This document shows positions 52,360-64,000 of a stretch of 64,000 nt of DNA, piece by piece. Under the pieces are notes generated by a model. That model was not told where the DNA came from. It saw nothing but the letters and a program-made list of their open reading frames with translations, and ran no database searches. The translations under genes and the position numbers were made by a program. The stretch is from Octopus vulgaris (lineage: Eukaryota), in assembly GCA_951406725.2 (NCBI GenBank), contig OX597824.1:36828001-36892000 (forward strand), given 5' to 3'. Every line of letters starts with the position of its first letter. Position 1 is the first letter of the stretch.

Positions 52360-53390
52360 AGCAAGGTGGCAGAATCATTAAAATGCCAAAGGAAATGCTT
52401 AGCAGTATTTCGTCTGCCGCTACTTCTGGGTTCAAATTCCGCCAAGGTCGACTTCGCCTTTCATCTTTTCGGGGTCGATTAAATAAGTACCAGTTATGCA
52501 CTGGGGTCGATATAATCGACTTAATCTGTTTGTCTGTCCTTGTTTGTCCTCTCTGTGGTTAGTAAAGAAATAGGTATTCCATCTGTCCTTAGGTTCTAAG
52601 TTCAAATGCTTGTAAGGCTGACTTTGCCTTTCATCCTTTTGGGGTTGGGAACATAAGTATAGTTGAGCACTGTGGTGGATTTAATTGACTTATTCCACCC
52701 ACCCCCAAACGTGCTGGCCATGTGCCAAAATTTGAAAACATTATTAGACTTAGTAGTGAAAGCAGTGAACAGGCAGAATTGTTAGCATGGCAAGCAAAAT
52801 GTTTAGTGTCATTTCGTCTGCCTTTACATTCTGAGTTCAAATTCCACCAAGGTCAACTTTACCTTACATCCTTCCAAGGTATATGAAATAAGTACCAGTT
52901 AAACACTGGGATCACTGTAATTGGTTAGCCCTGTACCCAAAAATTCAAGACTCAGTGCCAAAATCTGAAATTAACTTTTAAACAACAGAAGGCAGTGAGC
53001 TGGGGCAATTTTAAGCACACCCGGCAAAATGCTTAACAGTATTTCGTCCACTTTTACATACCAAGTTCAAATTCTGTTGCGATCAACTTTGCCTTTCATC
53101 TTGTTTAGAGGCTCAATTCAGTTAGGGGATGCTAAAGTTTGAGCCTCCGACCATATGATCAAGTTAATCTTTCAGGCATTTCAGAATTTATAACTATCAA
53201 AAACTACATAGAGGTACACCCACCATATGTATTTTTGTAAGTATAATTGTAAGTTTAAATGCAACCATATACGCCAATATTTAGACATTTTGGGGGTTGG
53301 TTAATGACACAAATATCAGTTCAGCATGTAACTGATTTCTCACCCTCCCTTCCAAAATTGCAGGCCTTGTGCCTATAGTGGAAATAATTA
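52360..53390 (+). mobile_element. Cluster of SINE family B copies
   Basis: At least four GGCAGAAT..TTAGCA...GTTCAAATTC...GCCTTTCATC units. More copies at 58355-58580 and 58720-58945. Confidence 0.8.
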
Positions 53391-53443
53391 TTAGACTAAG
53401 CAGTATACAGTAAAAAAAAAGAACTGTCTGATACAAACAATTA

Positions 53444-53581
<138 letters not shown>

Positions 53582-55699
53582 TTACAGCATGATACAAAGA
53601 ATTACAGTCAAAAGGGGTTTGTTTGGGGGTGCGGAATGAAAAGCATACTCAGCTGCGACAGAGCTAATCCCTAATTCACTAAACGAGGTCTGTACAGGAC
53701 GAGCGGAGAACTAATGTGTTGCAACGTCTGCAATAAAGTTATTAAGCATCAGAGTTTAAAGAAAGCTGATTTCTGCAGTTTAGGACTAATCAAGGAGCAT
53801 TTGTGAGTGGAGTGTGAGTGTGAGTAGGACTTTGTATCTGTGTGAGTGCAAACATACATGCTTGTGTATATTAACATATTTATATGCACAAACACTCATA
53901 CATTATATATATATATATATATATATACATATATATACATACATATATATATACATACATATATATATATATATATACATATATATCATATATACTATAT
54001 TATATATTATGTTATATATTACATATATATATATTATATTATATATAGGTGCAGGAGTGGCTCTGTGGTAAGTAGCTTGTGAACCAACCACATGGTTCTG
54101 CGTTCAGTCGCACTGCGTGGCACCTTGGGCAAGTGTTTTCTACTATAGCCTTGGCCCGACTAAAGCCTTGTGAGTAGATTTGGCAGACGGAAACTGAAAG
54201 AAGCCCGTTGTATATGTGTGTGTGTGTGTGTGTTTGCCCCCCAACATTGCTTGACAACCGATGCTGGTGTGTTTACATCCCCGTAACTTAGCAGTCCGGC
54301 AAAAGAAGCCGACAGAATAAGTACTGGAGTCGATTTGCTCGACTAAAGGTGGTGCTCCAGCATGGCCACAGTCAAATGACTGAAGCAAATAAAAGAAATA
54401 AAAGGAAGAAATATATTTATATATATATATATGCATGTATATATAAATACATACACACACACACACACACATACACACACATGCTTACACACATGCTTGC
54501 ACACACATACACATGTAGGCACATATAAACATAATTAAATACACATAGAATAAGATACACATACATACAATACATATGTACATACAGTAACACACAATAT
54601 ATATTTTTAGATATGTATATCAATACCAATATATGGAAATAAATATATAAGAGACACAAAAGTCAAAAGGAAAAAAAAAAACCTAGTGAACCTTAACATA
54701 ATCTCATAATTAGATTGAGCGCTATTAATCTTTGTACTTTAAGAGGACTCATGGTTTACTAACTTATGACCAAATTATTTTCAACTGAGAGATCAGGCTT
54801 GAATGCTTGCAACATAGTCAACTCAGAATCAAATTATCTTCTGCAGACAGATCAGGCTTGAATGCTTACAGCAGAGTCAGCTCCACTAAAAGACCTCAAG
54901 GACCTAAAAAACCTCAAGTGGTGGTGTTCAACTGGCTAACAGATTAATTCTACCACCCACACTGCTCTTAGTTATGACACTGAACTAAAGATTAGTCTTT
55001 GAGGAACAATTCCATTATAATATGACAAGAAGAGATCCAAAATATAGATTAATGAACTATTAAGAGAATTTTTGTTTTTCCAACCTATGAGAAAGCGTAG
55101 CTAAATCACCCTAAAATCACATCCTATCATCTTTAAAAAGGAAGAACAGACTGGTTAAATAAGGTAATCATGGCTTAAACAACTTTGATCTACAAGTTTT
55201 TATGGATCAAGATTGAGTGGTTAAGCAAGAACAACAACTTTAATGGGAAATTCAAAAACACACTATTATGGATTAGTAATTTACATAATTAAATAAGAGA
55301 TCCAAGATCCAGCAGATCAAAGAGATATAATACAAGATCTAAAAAGCAGGACAAAGATTGTAATATTGAAATATTAAATGTATTTTAGACTAAAGATTGG
55401 TCTGAGCATGACTGTGTGCTAAAAAGTTGGTTTCCAACTACATGGTTTCGGCTTAAGTGGCACCTTGGGCAACTATTTTCTACTATAACCTTGGGCCAAC
55501 CAAAGCCTTGTGAGTGGATTTGGGAGATGGAAACTGAAAGAAGCCTGTCGTGTATATATATATATATATATATATATATGTAATTTTTATTTCATGAAGA
55601 GTTTTTTGTTTTCATCTTTGGAATTAATAAGACTTTGAAACAATTTGTAGAATTTATATTAGATCTGTACCAACCCATATATATATATATATATATATA

Positions 55700-55910
55700 T
55701 GTGTGTATATATGTTTGTGTATCTGTGTTTGAACCCCCAATGTTGCTTGACAACCGATGCTGGTGCGTTTACATCTCCGTAACTTAGTGGTTCAGCAAAA
55801 GGGATGATAGATAAGTACTAGGCTTACAAAGACTAAGTCCTGGGGTCGATTTGCTCGACTAAAGGTGGTGCTCCAGCATGGCCACAATCAAATGACAAAC
55901 AAGTAAAAGA

Positions 55911-55944
<34 letters not shown>

Positions 55945-56122
55945 ATCAGAACACTTTGATTCAAATTCGTTGGTACTCATGTAACTCCCAATAAACTGGT
56001 TGGTGTGTTTTTTTCATTTGTGCATATATATATATATATATATGCACAAATGAAAAAAACACACTCAACCAGTTTATTGGGAGTTAATGAGTACCAACGA
56101 ATTTGTATCAAAGTGTTTTGAT

Positions 56123-56164
<42 letters not shown>

Positions 56165-56375
56165 TCTTTTACTTCTTTGTCATTTGATTGTGGCCATGCT
56201 GGAGCACCACCTTTAGTCGAGCAAATCGACCCCAGGACTTAGTCTTTGTAAGCCTAGTACTTATCTATCATCCCTTTTGCTGAACCACTAAGTTACGGAG
56301 ATGTAAATGCACCAGCATCGGTTGTCAAGCAACATTGGGGGTTCAAACACAGATACACAAACATATATACACACA
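55700..56375. repeat. About 675-bp palindrome centred on (TA)n, including two SINE A tails
   Basis: 55700-56023 is the reverse complement of 56044-56375 with few differences, and the arms share private mutations. Confidence 0.93.
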
Positions 56376-56869
56376 TACATAGACATATATATACGATGTG
56401 CTTCTTTCAGTTTCCGTCTACCAAATCCATTCACAAGGCTTTGGTCAGTCCGATGCTACAGTAGAAGACACTTGCCCCAGGTGCCACACAGTGGGACTGA
56501 ACCCAGAACCATGTGGTTGGTAAACAAGCTACTTACCACACAGCCACGTCTGCATCTATATATAAAATACTACAAGTACCCATCATTTTTGACAGCACAG
56601 GGCCAGCTAGTTAATATATATCTTTTAGCTTTTACTTGTTTCAGTCATCAGACTGTGGTCATGCTGGGGCACTGCCTTGGAGAATTTTTTAATCAAATGA
56701 ATTGACCCCAGTGCTTATTCTCTTTTTCTTAAGTCGGGTGCTTATTCTATCAGTCTCTACTGCTGACCCACTAAGTTATTGGGATGTAAATACGCCAACT
56801 CCAGTTGTCAAGTGGTGTGGCAGGGACAAACACAGAGACAACGCACACGCACACGCGCACACACATACA

Positions 56870-56958
<89 letters not shown>

Positions 56959-57606
56959 ACATACACACACACACACACATGATGGGCTTCTTCTAGTTAT
57001 ACCAAATCCACAAGGTTTTGGTCAATCAGAGGTTATAGTAGAAGAGACTTGCCCAAGGTTCCATGCAGTGGGACTGAACCTGGAAGATGATGATGATGAT
57101 GATGATGATGAGAATGATGGTATATATTCACACACATACACACAGGAAGAGAGAAAGAGAGAGTGAGAGATAGAGAAGATGGGAGAAAATGGTATCAGAT
57201 TCTGCAAGGTATATTTGTATACAGCATGTAATCTTCTCTCCAGCATGTTCAAAGCTGGTATTCCTCAATTACCATTTCTTTTTGTACAAACATAGTCAGC
57301 TCTGGTCTAAAGATAGCAACAGTATCTTCTGTTACAGTGAGTCCAACATAATGACCATCCATAGGGAGGAATATCTTATGACACAAACTCCTTATGCAAG
57401 AAAATAATTCTCTCCTTCTCTTTCTCTTTTTCTCTCTCTCTCCTTTCCTCTCTTCCTCGTTCACTCCTCTTCTCTCTTTCTCTCATAGGTAGGTAGATAA
57501 ATAGGTAGATAGATAAATAGGGAGAGGGAGAGAGGTGGAGAGATAGATTAAATAGAGAGAGAGAGGGATATAGATTAAATAGAGAAGGAGAGAAAGACAT
57601 ACAGAC

Positions 57607-57609
57607 AGG

Positions 57610-57669
<60 letters not shown>

Positions 57670-57729
57670 AAGGTAGGTAGGTAGGTAGGTAGATAGATAG
57701 GTAGGTAGGGAGGTAGATAGGTAGGTAAG

Positions 57730-57802
<73 letters not shown>
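57607..57802. repeat. (GATA)n/(GGTA)n microsatellite
   Basis: Direct inspection. Numerous other (TA)n, (CA)n, (CT)n, (ATT)n and (TACA)n tracts occur throughout the window. Confidence 0.95.
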
Positions 57803-57803
<1 letters not shown>

Positions 57804-57877
57804 CACAGGCAGGCAGGTAGAGACAGAGTGGGAAAGAAAGAGAGAGAGAGAGGAAGAGAGTCAGACAGACAGATATA

Positions 57878-57953
<76 letters not shown>

Positions 57954-58318
57954 ACTCTAATAATATATAGTGTTATTAATCTCCAAACTTTATCCTTCCC
58001 CAAACTGCCAAACACTGCAGCTTCTAATTTCTACCTTTGACTGTGTTGGGTGCCTTGGCTGTGTTCTAAACTTGGAAGTCTGGTTCACTATTTACTGGGC
58101 TTTGCTGATACTTTCATGGAATGAAGCCTTACAGTATTTAGATAAGTCTATTTATATACGAAATCCTGCTGGGGTTCTCTATGGTTCTTACTTTGCCAGG
58201 ATCAATGAAATGAGTAAGTATCAGGTTCTGGAGGATGATTTCATCAACTATTCTTGCAGCCAAAATTTCTGGCCTTTTTTGCTCATTTTAGAAGTTATTA
58301 TATCATCACCATCATATA

Positions 58319-58356
<38 letters not shown>

Positions 58357-58592
58357 GGTAACAGAGTAGGTTGTGTACGGGCAGAAACATTAAGCATACT
58401 GGGCAACAATGCTTAGTAGCATTTCGTCTGTCTTTATGTTCTGAGTTCAAATTCCACCGGCCCAACTTTGCTTTTCATCCTTTTGGGGGTCAAAAAAATT
58501 GGCACCAGTTGGGCATTGGGGTTGATGTAATCAACAAGTCTCCCTTCCCCAAATTTCAGGCCTTGTGCCTATAGTAGAAATTATTATTATTA

Positions 58593-58702
<110 letters not shown>

Positions 58703-59983
58703 AATAATAATGTAATGGAGCAGGCTGAGAACTTGTAGAATCATTAGCAGGCTGGGAAAAATGCTTAGCAGCAGTTCATCTATCTTTATGTTCTGAGTTC
58801 AAATTCTACCAAAGTCGACTTTGCCTTTTCATCCTTATGGGGTCAATAGAATGAGTACTAGTTGAATACAGGAGTTGATATAAGCAATTTATTTCCCCCC
58901 ACCCTGAAATTGCTGGCCTTGTACTAAATTTGGAAATCATTATTAAAGAGAGACATTAAAACACCAGACTACATGCTTTTTCAGTCATGTTTCACTATAT
59001 TATATACTCTTTTACTCTTTTACCTGTTTCAGTCATTTGACTGTGGCCATGCTGGAGCACTGCCTTTAGCCTTCAGTCGAACAAATCGACCCCAGGACTT
59101 ATTCTTTGTAAGCCTAGTACTTATTCTATTGCTCTCTTTGGCTGAACCGCTAAGTTACAGGGACGTAAAACACCAGCATCGGTTGTCAAGCGATGTTGGG
59201 GGAACAAACACAGACACACAAACATATACACACACATACATATATACGGTGGGCTTCTTTCAGTTTCCATCTACCACATCCACTCACAAGGCTTTGGTGA
59301 GCCCAAGGCTATAGTAGAAGACACTTGCCAAGGTGCCATGTAGTGGGACTGAACCCGGAACTATGTGGTTCGTAAGTAAGCTACTTACCACACAGCCACT
59401 ACTACGTCTGTTCAAATCCTACTAAAACTGTTTCTGCCCTTTATCCTTCTGAGGTCGTTAAAATAAACATTTTTATTGTTTTCCAAGAAAGTATCAATTG
59501 AATAAACTAAACCTCATCTTCTACAATATTTTTTTTCTTTGTCTCAATGTGTGAAATTGTTATTATTTTGTAGTATTTAGTCTTTGATCTAAATATTTCA
59601 ATTTAAAACTGTGCCGTGTTAACTTCACCTTTCATCTTTCCAAGGTCAATTAAAAAAGTGCCAACAATTTACAGGGGTTAATATAAATACATTATAAATA
59701 TTTAGCCCCGTGCCAAAGTTAGGAATTATCATTGGGTTGATTCTACTCTTTATTCTTCCAGGGTCTCTAAAATTAGGAACCAATTAAATACTGTGGTGTA
59801 TATGATCATTTGTGCCTTCTCCATAAAATGTGTGGTGTTATGTCCTTAGAAATGACCAGTACTGTTGTCCTCCCTACCACTACCACCATCACCACTACCA
59901 TGTTGCTAGAAATTGGATATTTGAATTCATTTGTGTTTTAAAATCGAAAAATGTCAACAGTTCTATCAGGAATGAAAAGAAGC

Positions 59984-60212
59984 TTAACCCTTTCATTACC
60001 AACCTGGCTGAAACCGGCTCTTGCTCTGTAGTACAAATGTCTTGTTTTCATATGTTTTGAATTATAATCTTCTACCAAACCTTAGTCACAATTTATGTTC
60101 CTAACACTAGCTTAATGATAACCAGGTTATTTTACTAAATTCTTTGTCATATTTAAAGTGATTGAAAGAAACACAGAGCATCTCAAAATAAATACAGTAA
60201 CAAAAGGGTTAA
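59984..60212. mobile_element. piggyBac-like MITE
   Basis: TTAA-CCCTTTCATTAC ... GTAACAAAAGGG-TTAA. Confidence 0.8.
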
Positions 60213-60217
60213 TAAAT

Positions 60218-60361
60218 ATTCTAAAAAGATTTTAATTCTGGTAGGAAGTCATGAGTAGTTTGCAATATTCTACACCATAGTAGCTTGATAAATTTTCTAA
60301 AAAGACTTTAATTCTGGTAAGAAGTCATGAGTAGTTTGCAATATTCTATATCATAGTAGCT
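60218..60361 (+). repeat. Tandem duplication, unit about 75 bp
   Basis: TTCTAAAAAGA.TTTAATTCTGGTA.GAAGTCATGAGTAGTTTGCAATATTCTA...CATAGTAGCT occurs twice. Confidence 0.9.
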
Positions 60362-61345
60362 AGAGATAGCAGTTTGTCAAAAATATTTTTAACATTTTCT
60401 AGCAACAGTTTAGTTAGTCAAAGTAACTGTGACAGAACCCAGGAATGATGAGTTCAAATCTGCTAAAAAAAAGGAAAAAAACGAAAAAGGAAAGAAAAGA
60501 GAACTCCTTAAGTCATTGACATATGGAAGCAACCAAAATGATATCTTTCAAATACACCAAGACTTTCAAAACATTTTACCGAAACATCCAGATTCTTGTT
60601 ATTTGACAAAATGATTGCTGTATTGGAGATTAAGGTGCCGTTGTTCTTGTGTGCTGCCTATTTTGGTTGGCAGGGTAGCAAGTGCATTGTACAGAAAAAC
60701 ACAATCCTACCTAAAACAACTCAGCTACAATGGTAACAGATTTACCAAGAATTCACAAAACACAAAAATATATAAATACTGCAAATAAACAATAAAAATG
60801 AGAAACAGTTATATTGTTCTAAAACAGTAACTAAAACATACAGGATTTTACTAGAGTGACATTGCTACAGAAAACGTGGGTGGTTCAAGAATTTTAAAGG
60901 TTTCATTTAGTGTGGGGGGGTACTTAAGAAACATGGTGTTCTACAGCAGAAAGCTAAAAAAAACAACTCTTAAACAAATTACTTCAAATTCTTCAATTAT
61001 AAAATTGTGGAAATGGGGATAAATTCCATTTAATATGCTGTCTATCATTACTAATGTCAAAAGTTTAATATATTAGGGAAAACTCTGCTTAATAACATAC
61101 TTCACAAGGTAATACAATAAGATCCCTTTCTTTCCCTCTTCTCTCTCTCTCCCTCCTCTCACATTCTCTCTATCTATCTATTTATCCATCTGTCTATCTA
61201 TCTATCTTTCCAGCTACTTTCCTACGCTAAAACATCAACGGGTTATACATTTTCAAGTGAGAAACAACGTATTTTTTTAAATAAATGATATTGGTTTTTT
61301 TTTTTCATAAAATGTATTTCTATTATAGACACACACATATATATG

Positions 61346-61383
<38 letters not shown>

Positions 61384-61484
61384 TACATATATATATAAAT
61401 ATATACAAAAAATTCAGGGTGAATACTTGATAATTGTAAGCACCTGTATATGCCATTTAGTGGTGTAGGTGATAGAGTATATTT

Positions 61485-61784
61485 ATCAAAATAAAAACAT
61501 GATGCAAAGGATTTAGCGGTACATATGTTTCTGGCTTTTATTAGACAGTTTATATCAATGCATAATTGATGTAATATGTATGTCAATAGCCTTCTTCATC
61601 CACGTACAATTACTACTTCAAGGACATGTATTACATTAAAGTAGTAATTGAAGTAGTAATTGTACGCGGCTGAAGAAGGCTATTGACATACATATTACAT
61701 TAATTATGTGTTGATATAAACCGTCTAATAAAAGCCAGAAACATATGTACTGCTAAATCCTTTGCATCATGTTTTTATTTTGAT
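61485..61784. mobile_element. Foldback element (about 136-bp arms) with a hammerhead motif in each arm
   Basis: 61485-61621 is the reverse complement of 61649-61784; flanked by TA-rich microsatellites. Confidence 0.92.
61666..61753 (+). ncRNA. Type I hammerhead ribozyme (right arm)
   Basis: GCGG-CTGAAGA-A-GGCT[long loop]AGCC-A-GAAA-CATATG-TA-CTGC, intact core. The left-arm copy has ATGAAGA. Confidence 0.75.
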
Positions 61785-61800
61785 TAATATAAATATATAC

Positions 61801-61831
<31 letters not shown>

Positions 61832-61841
61832 TATATATATT

Positions 61842-61893
<52 letters not shown>

Positions 61894-61945
61894 TATATAC
61901 AAATATATATACATATATATAAACACATATGCATATATGTATATA

Positions 61946-61991
<46 letters not shown>

Positions 61992-62557
61992 TACACATAT
62001 ATACATATACATACATACACACACACACACACATACACACACAGACAGACACACACACACATACATACATATATATATATATATATAGGATCTGGGGGAA
62101 AAAACTTTGTAGAATGTTATGCAAAGCAAATCTACAATTATTGGCTACCAGGCCTTATTCAAACAATTACCTGAGGAGCTACATTTTACACCTTGGATAC
62201 TTGATAATGATTACATATTTCAGCAAAGTAGCACGGGTGTAAAAATGTGTCAAAACAATTATAGTGGTTTTAAATAAGGAATGTTGTTCATTCCATTTTC
62301 TATCATGTATCTTTACATACACACCCACACATGTGTAGACAGACAGACAGACAGACAGACAGATAGATAGATAGACATCGGCATGGCTGTGTGGTTAAGA
62401 AGCTTGCTTCGCAACCATGTGATCTCAGTATAAGTCTCACTGCTCAGCACCTTGAGCAAGTGCTTTCTACTATAGCCTTGGACCAACCAATACCTTGTGA
62501 GTTAATTTGGTACATGGAATCTGTGCAGAAGCTATATATATATATATATATATATAT

Positions 62558-62792
62558 AACAATTGCAACGTGGAAGGTGTTTATAAGCCATTTAAGAAAC
62601 ACACAAAAACCGTTAGATTCAGACCGTGACCTATTCACTGACAAATGCAGCACAGAATTTTGTCAGTGAACAGGTCGTGGTCTGAAAGCGACAAAAATAT
62701 TTCGACAAATTAAATTTAAATGTTGAAGTGAATCTAACGGTTTTTGTGTGTTTCTTAAATGGCTTATAAACACCTTCCATGCTGCAATTGTT
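62558..62792. repeat. Foldback element with an internal deletion in the left arm
   Basis: Outer IR 62558-62621 / 62729-62792 and inner IR 62618-62645 / 62659-62686; abuts (TA)n. Confidence 0.88.
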
Positions 62793-63234
62793 TTCGTTCC
62801 AGCACACGATCTCAGATTAGGTCACTTGCTACGCAAGTACATCTCCGTAATATATATATAATGATAACAATGGACTCTCCCATCAATGATGACATATGAG
62901 TATTCAGCTTTTGCCAAATGACCAGCACAAATGATTTGTTTATAGTAATCTACACATTAGCTTACACATTAGCCACACATTAGCTTACTCCCTCCCTCAA
63001 ATTGATGATGCCTGAACAGGTGCACAGTGTACCAAGCTTCAGGTGTCAAAGTGATTGCAGAACAGCATGAGATGAAGTGTTTTGCTCAAGAACACAAAGC
63101 ACCACCCAGTCTAGAAATTGAAACCACGATCTCGCGATTATGAATGCAACACCCTAATCACTAGACCATGTGTCTTCACAATAATAATCACAATAATACT
63201 AATAATGATAATGACGATGATGATGATTATGATG

Positions 63235-63293
<59 letters not shown>

Positions 63294-63559
63294 TGAGGAG
63301 ATAAGTACAATCCAGGTGATCATCTTATCAGCACTTCAAGTGAGAAACTTGCTAACGTAGTATTCCAATAACCAAAGGAAGTTCAGCTATACTTCGATAG
63401 ATAATAAAAAGGTGCACTTTGCGTATCCGATATATTAGGTATGATCCAGTAGGCATGTTATAAGACTCACAGAGTGAATGATAATTACTTTAATTGAGGA
63501 GAAGAGAAATCAAATCAATGTTAGGAACATTTCCATAAATGAATGTTGTTTATTCCATA

Positions 63560-64000
63560 CTACATATAACCTTAGTAAGTAGGAAGGCTGACAAATCACA
63601 AACCCCTTCAGGTAAATAGCCCGGCTCGATCTGTAGATAAGGCATTGGTAGAAACTCCAGAAGATGTAAGCTGTGAACACATAGCTCCATAAGATGTAAG
63701 CTATTGACACATAAAAGGTGCAGCAATATTAAAGGAAGATTAGCTGGGAAGATTGTCTTTGTGTGTGACAGATGCACTGGAGCAATAAACACTGAAGAAG
63801 TACAGAAAACAGGTTCCATCACATGCCAGTGGGTAAAACTAGAAGTAGTTGACAGCTTCCGCTACCTAGGCGACCAAGTCTGTAGTGGAGGATGGATGCT
63901 CTGAGAGTGTAGCGGCTAGAATACAAATAGCCTGAGCAAAGTTCAGAGAGCTCTGCTGGGAACTAAGGGCCTCTCGCTCAGGATGAAAGGTAGACTGTAT
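63560..64000 (+). mobile_element. RTE-clade LINE fragment (post-RT region with Cys-rich insert)
   Basis: HKRCSNIKGRL...FVCDRCTG...LEVVDSFRYLGDQV...ARIQIA*AKFREL; related to the element at 1270-4030. Confidence 0.85.

Overview
AT-rich, microsatellite- and SINE-dense eukaryotic DNA, very probably an octopod cephalopod (Octopus-type SINE families; recognised by eye, not by search). The only host coding sequence I can support is five GT-AG exons on the minus strand (53462-53554, 49459-49533, 48043-48093, 40794-41033, 18704-18843). They splice in frame into the relay helix to loop-2 region of an unconventional myosin motor domain, most like class XXII. The rest of the window appears to be intron of this gene. 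It is filled with decayed RTE and CR1 LINEs, a Penelope-like element (RT + GIY-YIG), a mariner fossil, a Helitron, hAT and piggyBac-like MITEs, three tRNA-derived SINE families and a 33-bp minisatellite. Nearly all ORFs in the supplied track are microsatellite or SINE artefacts. The main hidden signal is about 15 type I hammerhead-ribozyme (HHR) motifs from several unrelated sequence families, 7 with an intact CUGANGA/GAAA/UH core. They usually sit next to (TA)n tracts and often inside long inverted-repeat (foldback) elements. One is the pseudo-LTR HHR of the Penelope copy. Four intact ones are in the sense orientation of the myosin pre-mRNA. All coordinates were read by eye and may be off by a few bases, and no folding or database search was run.
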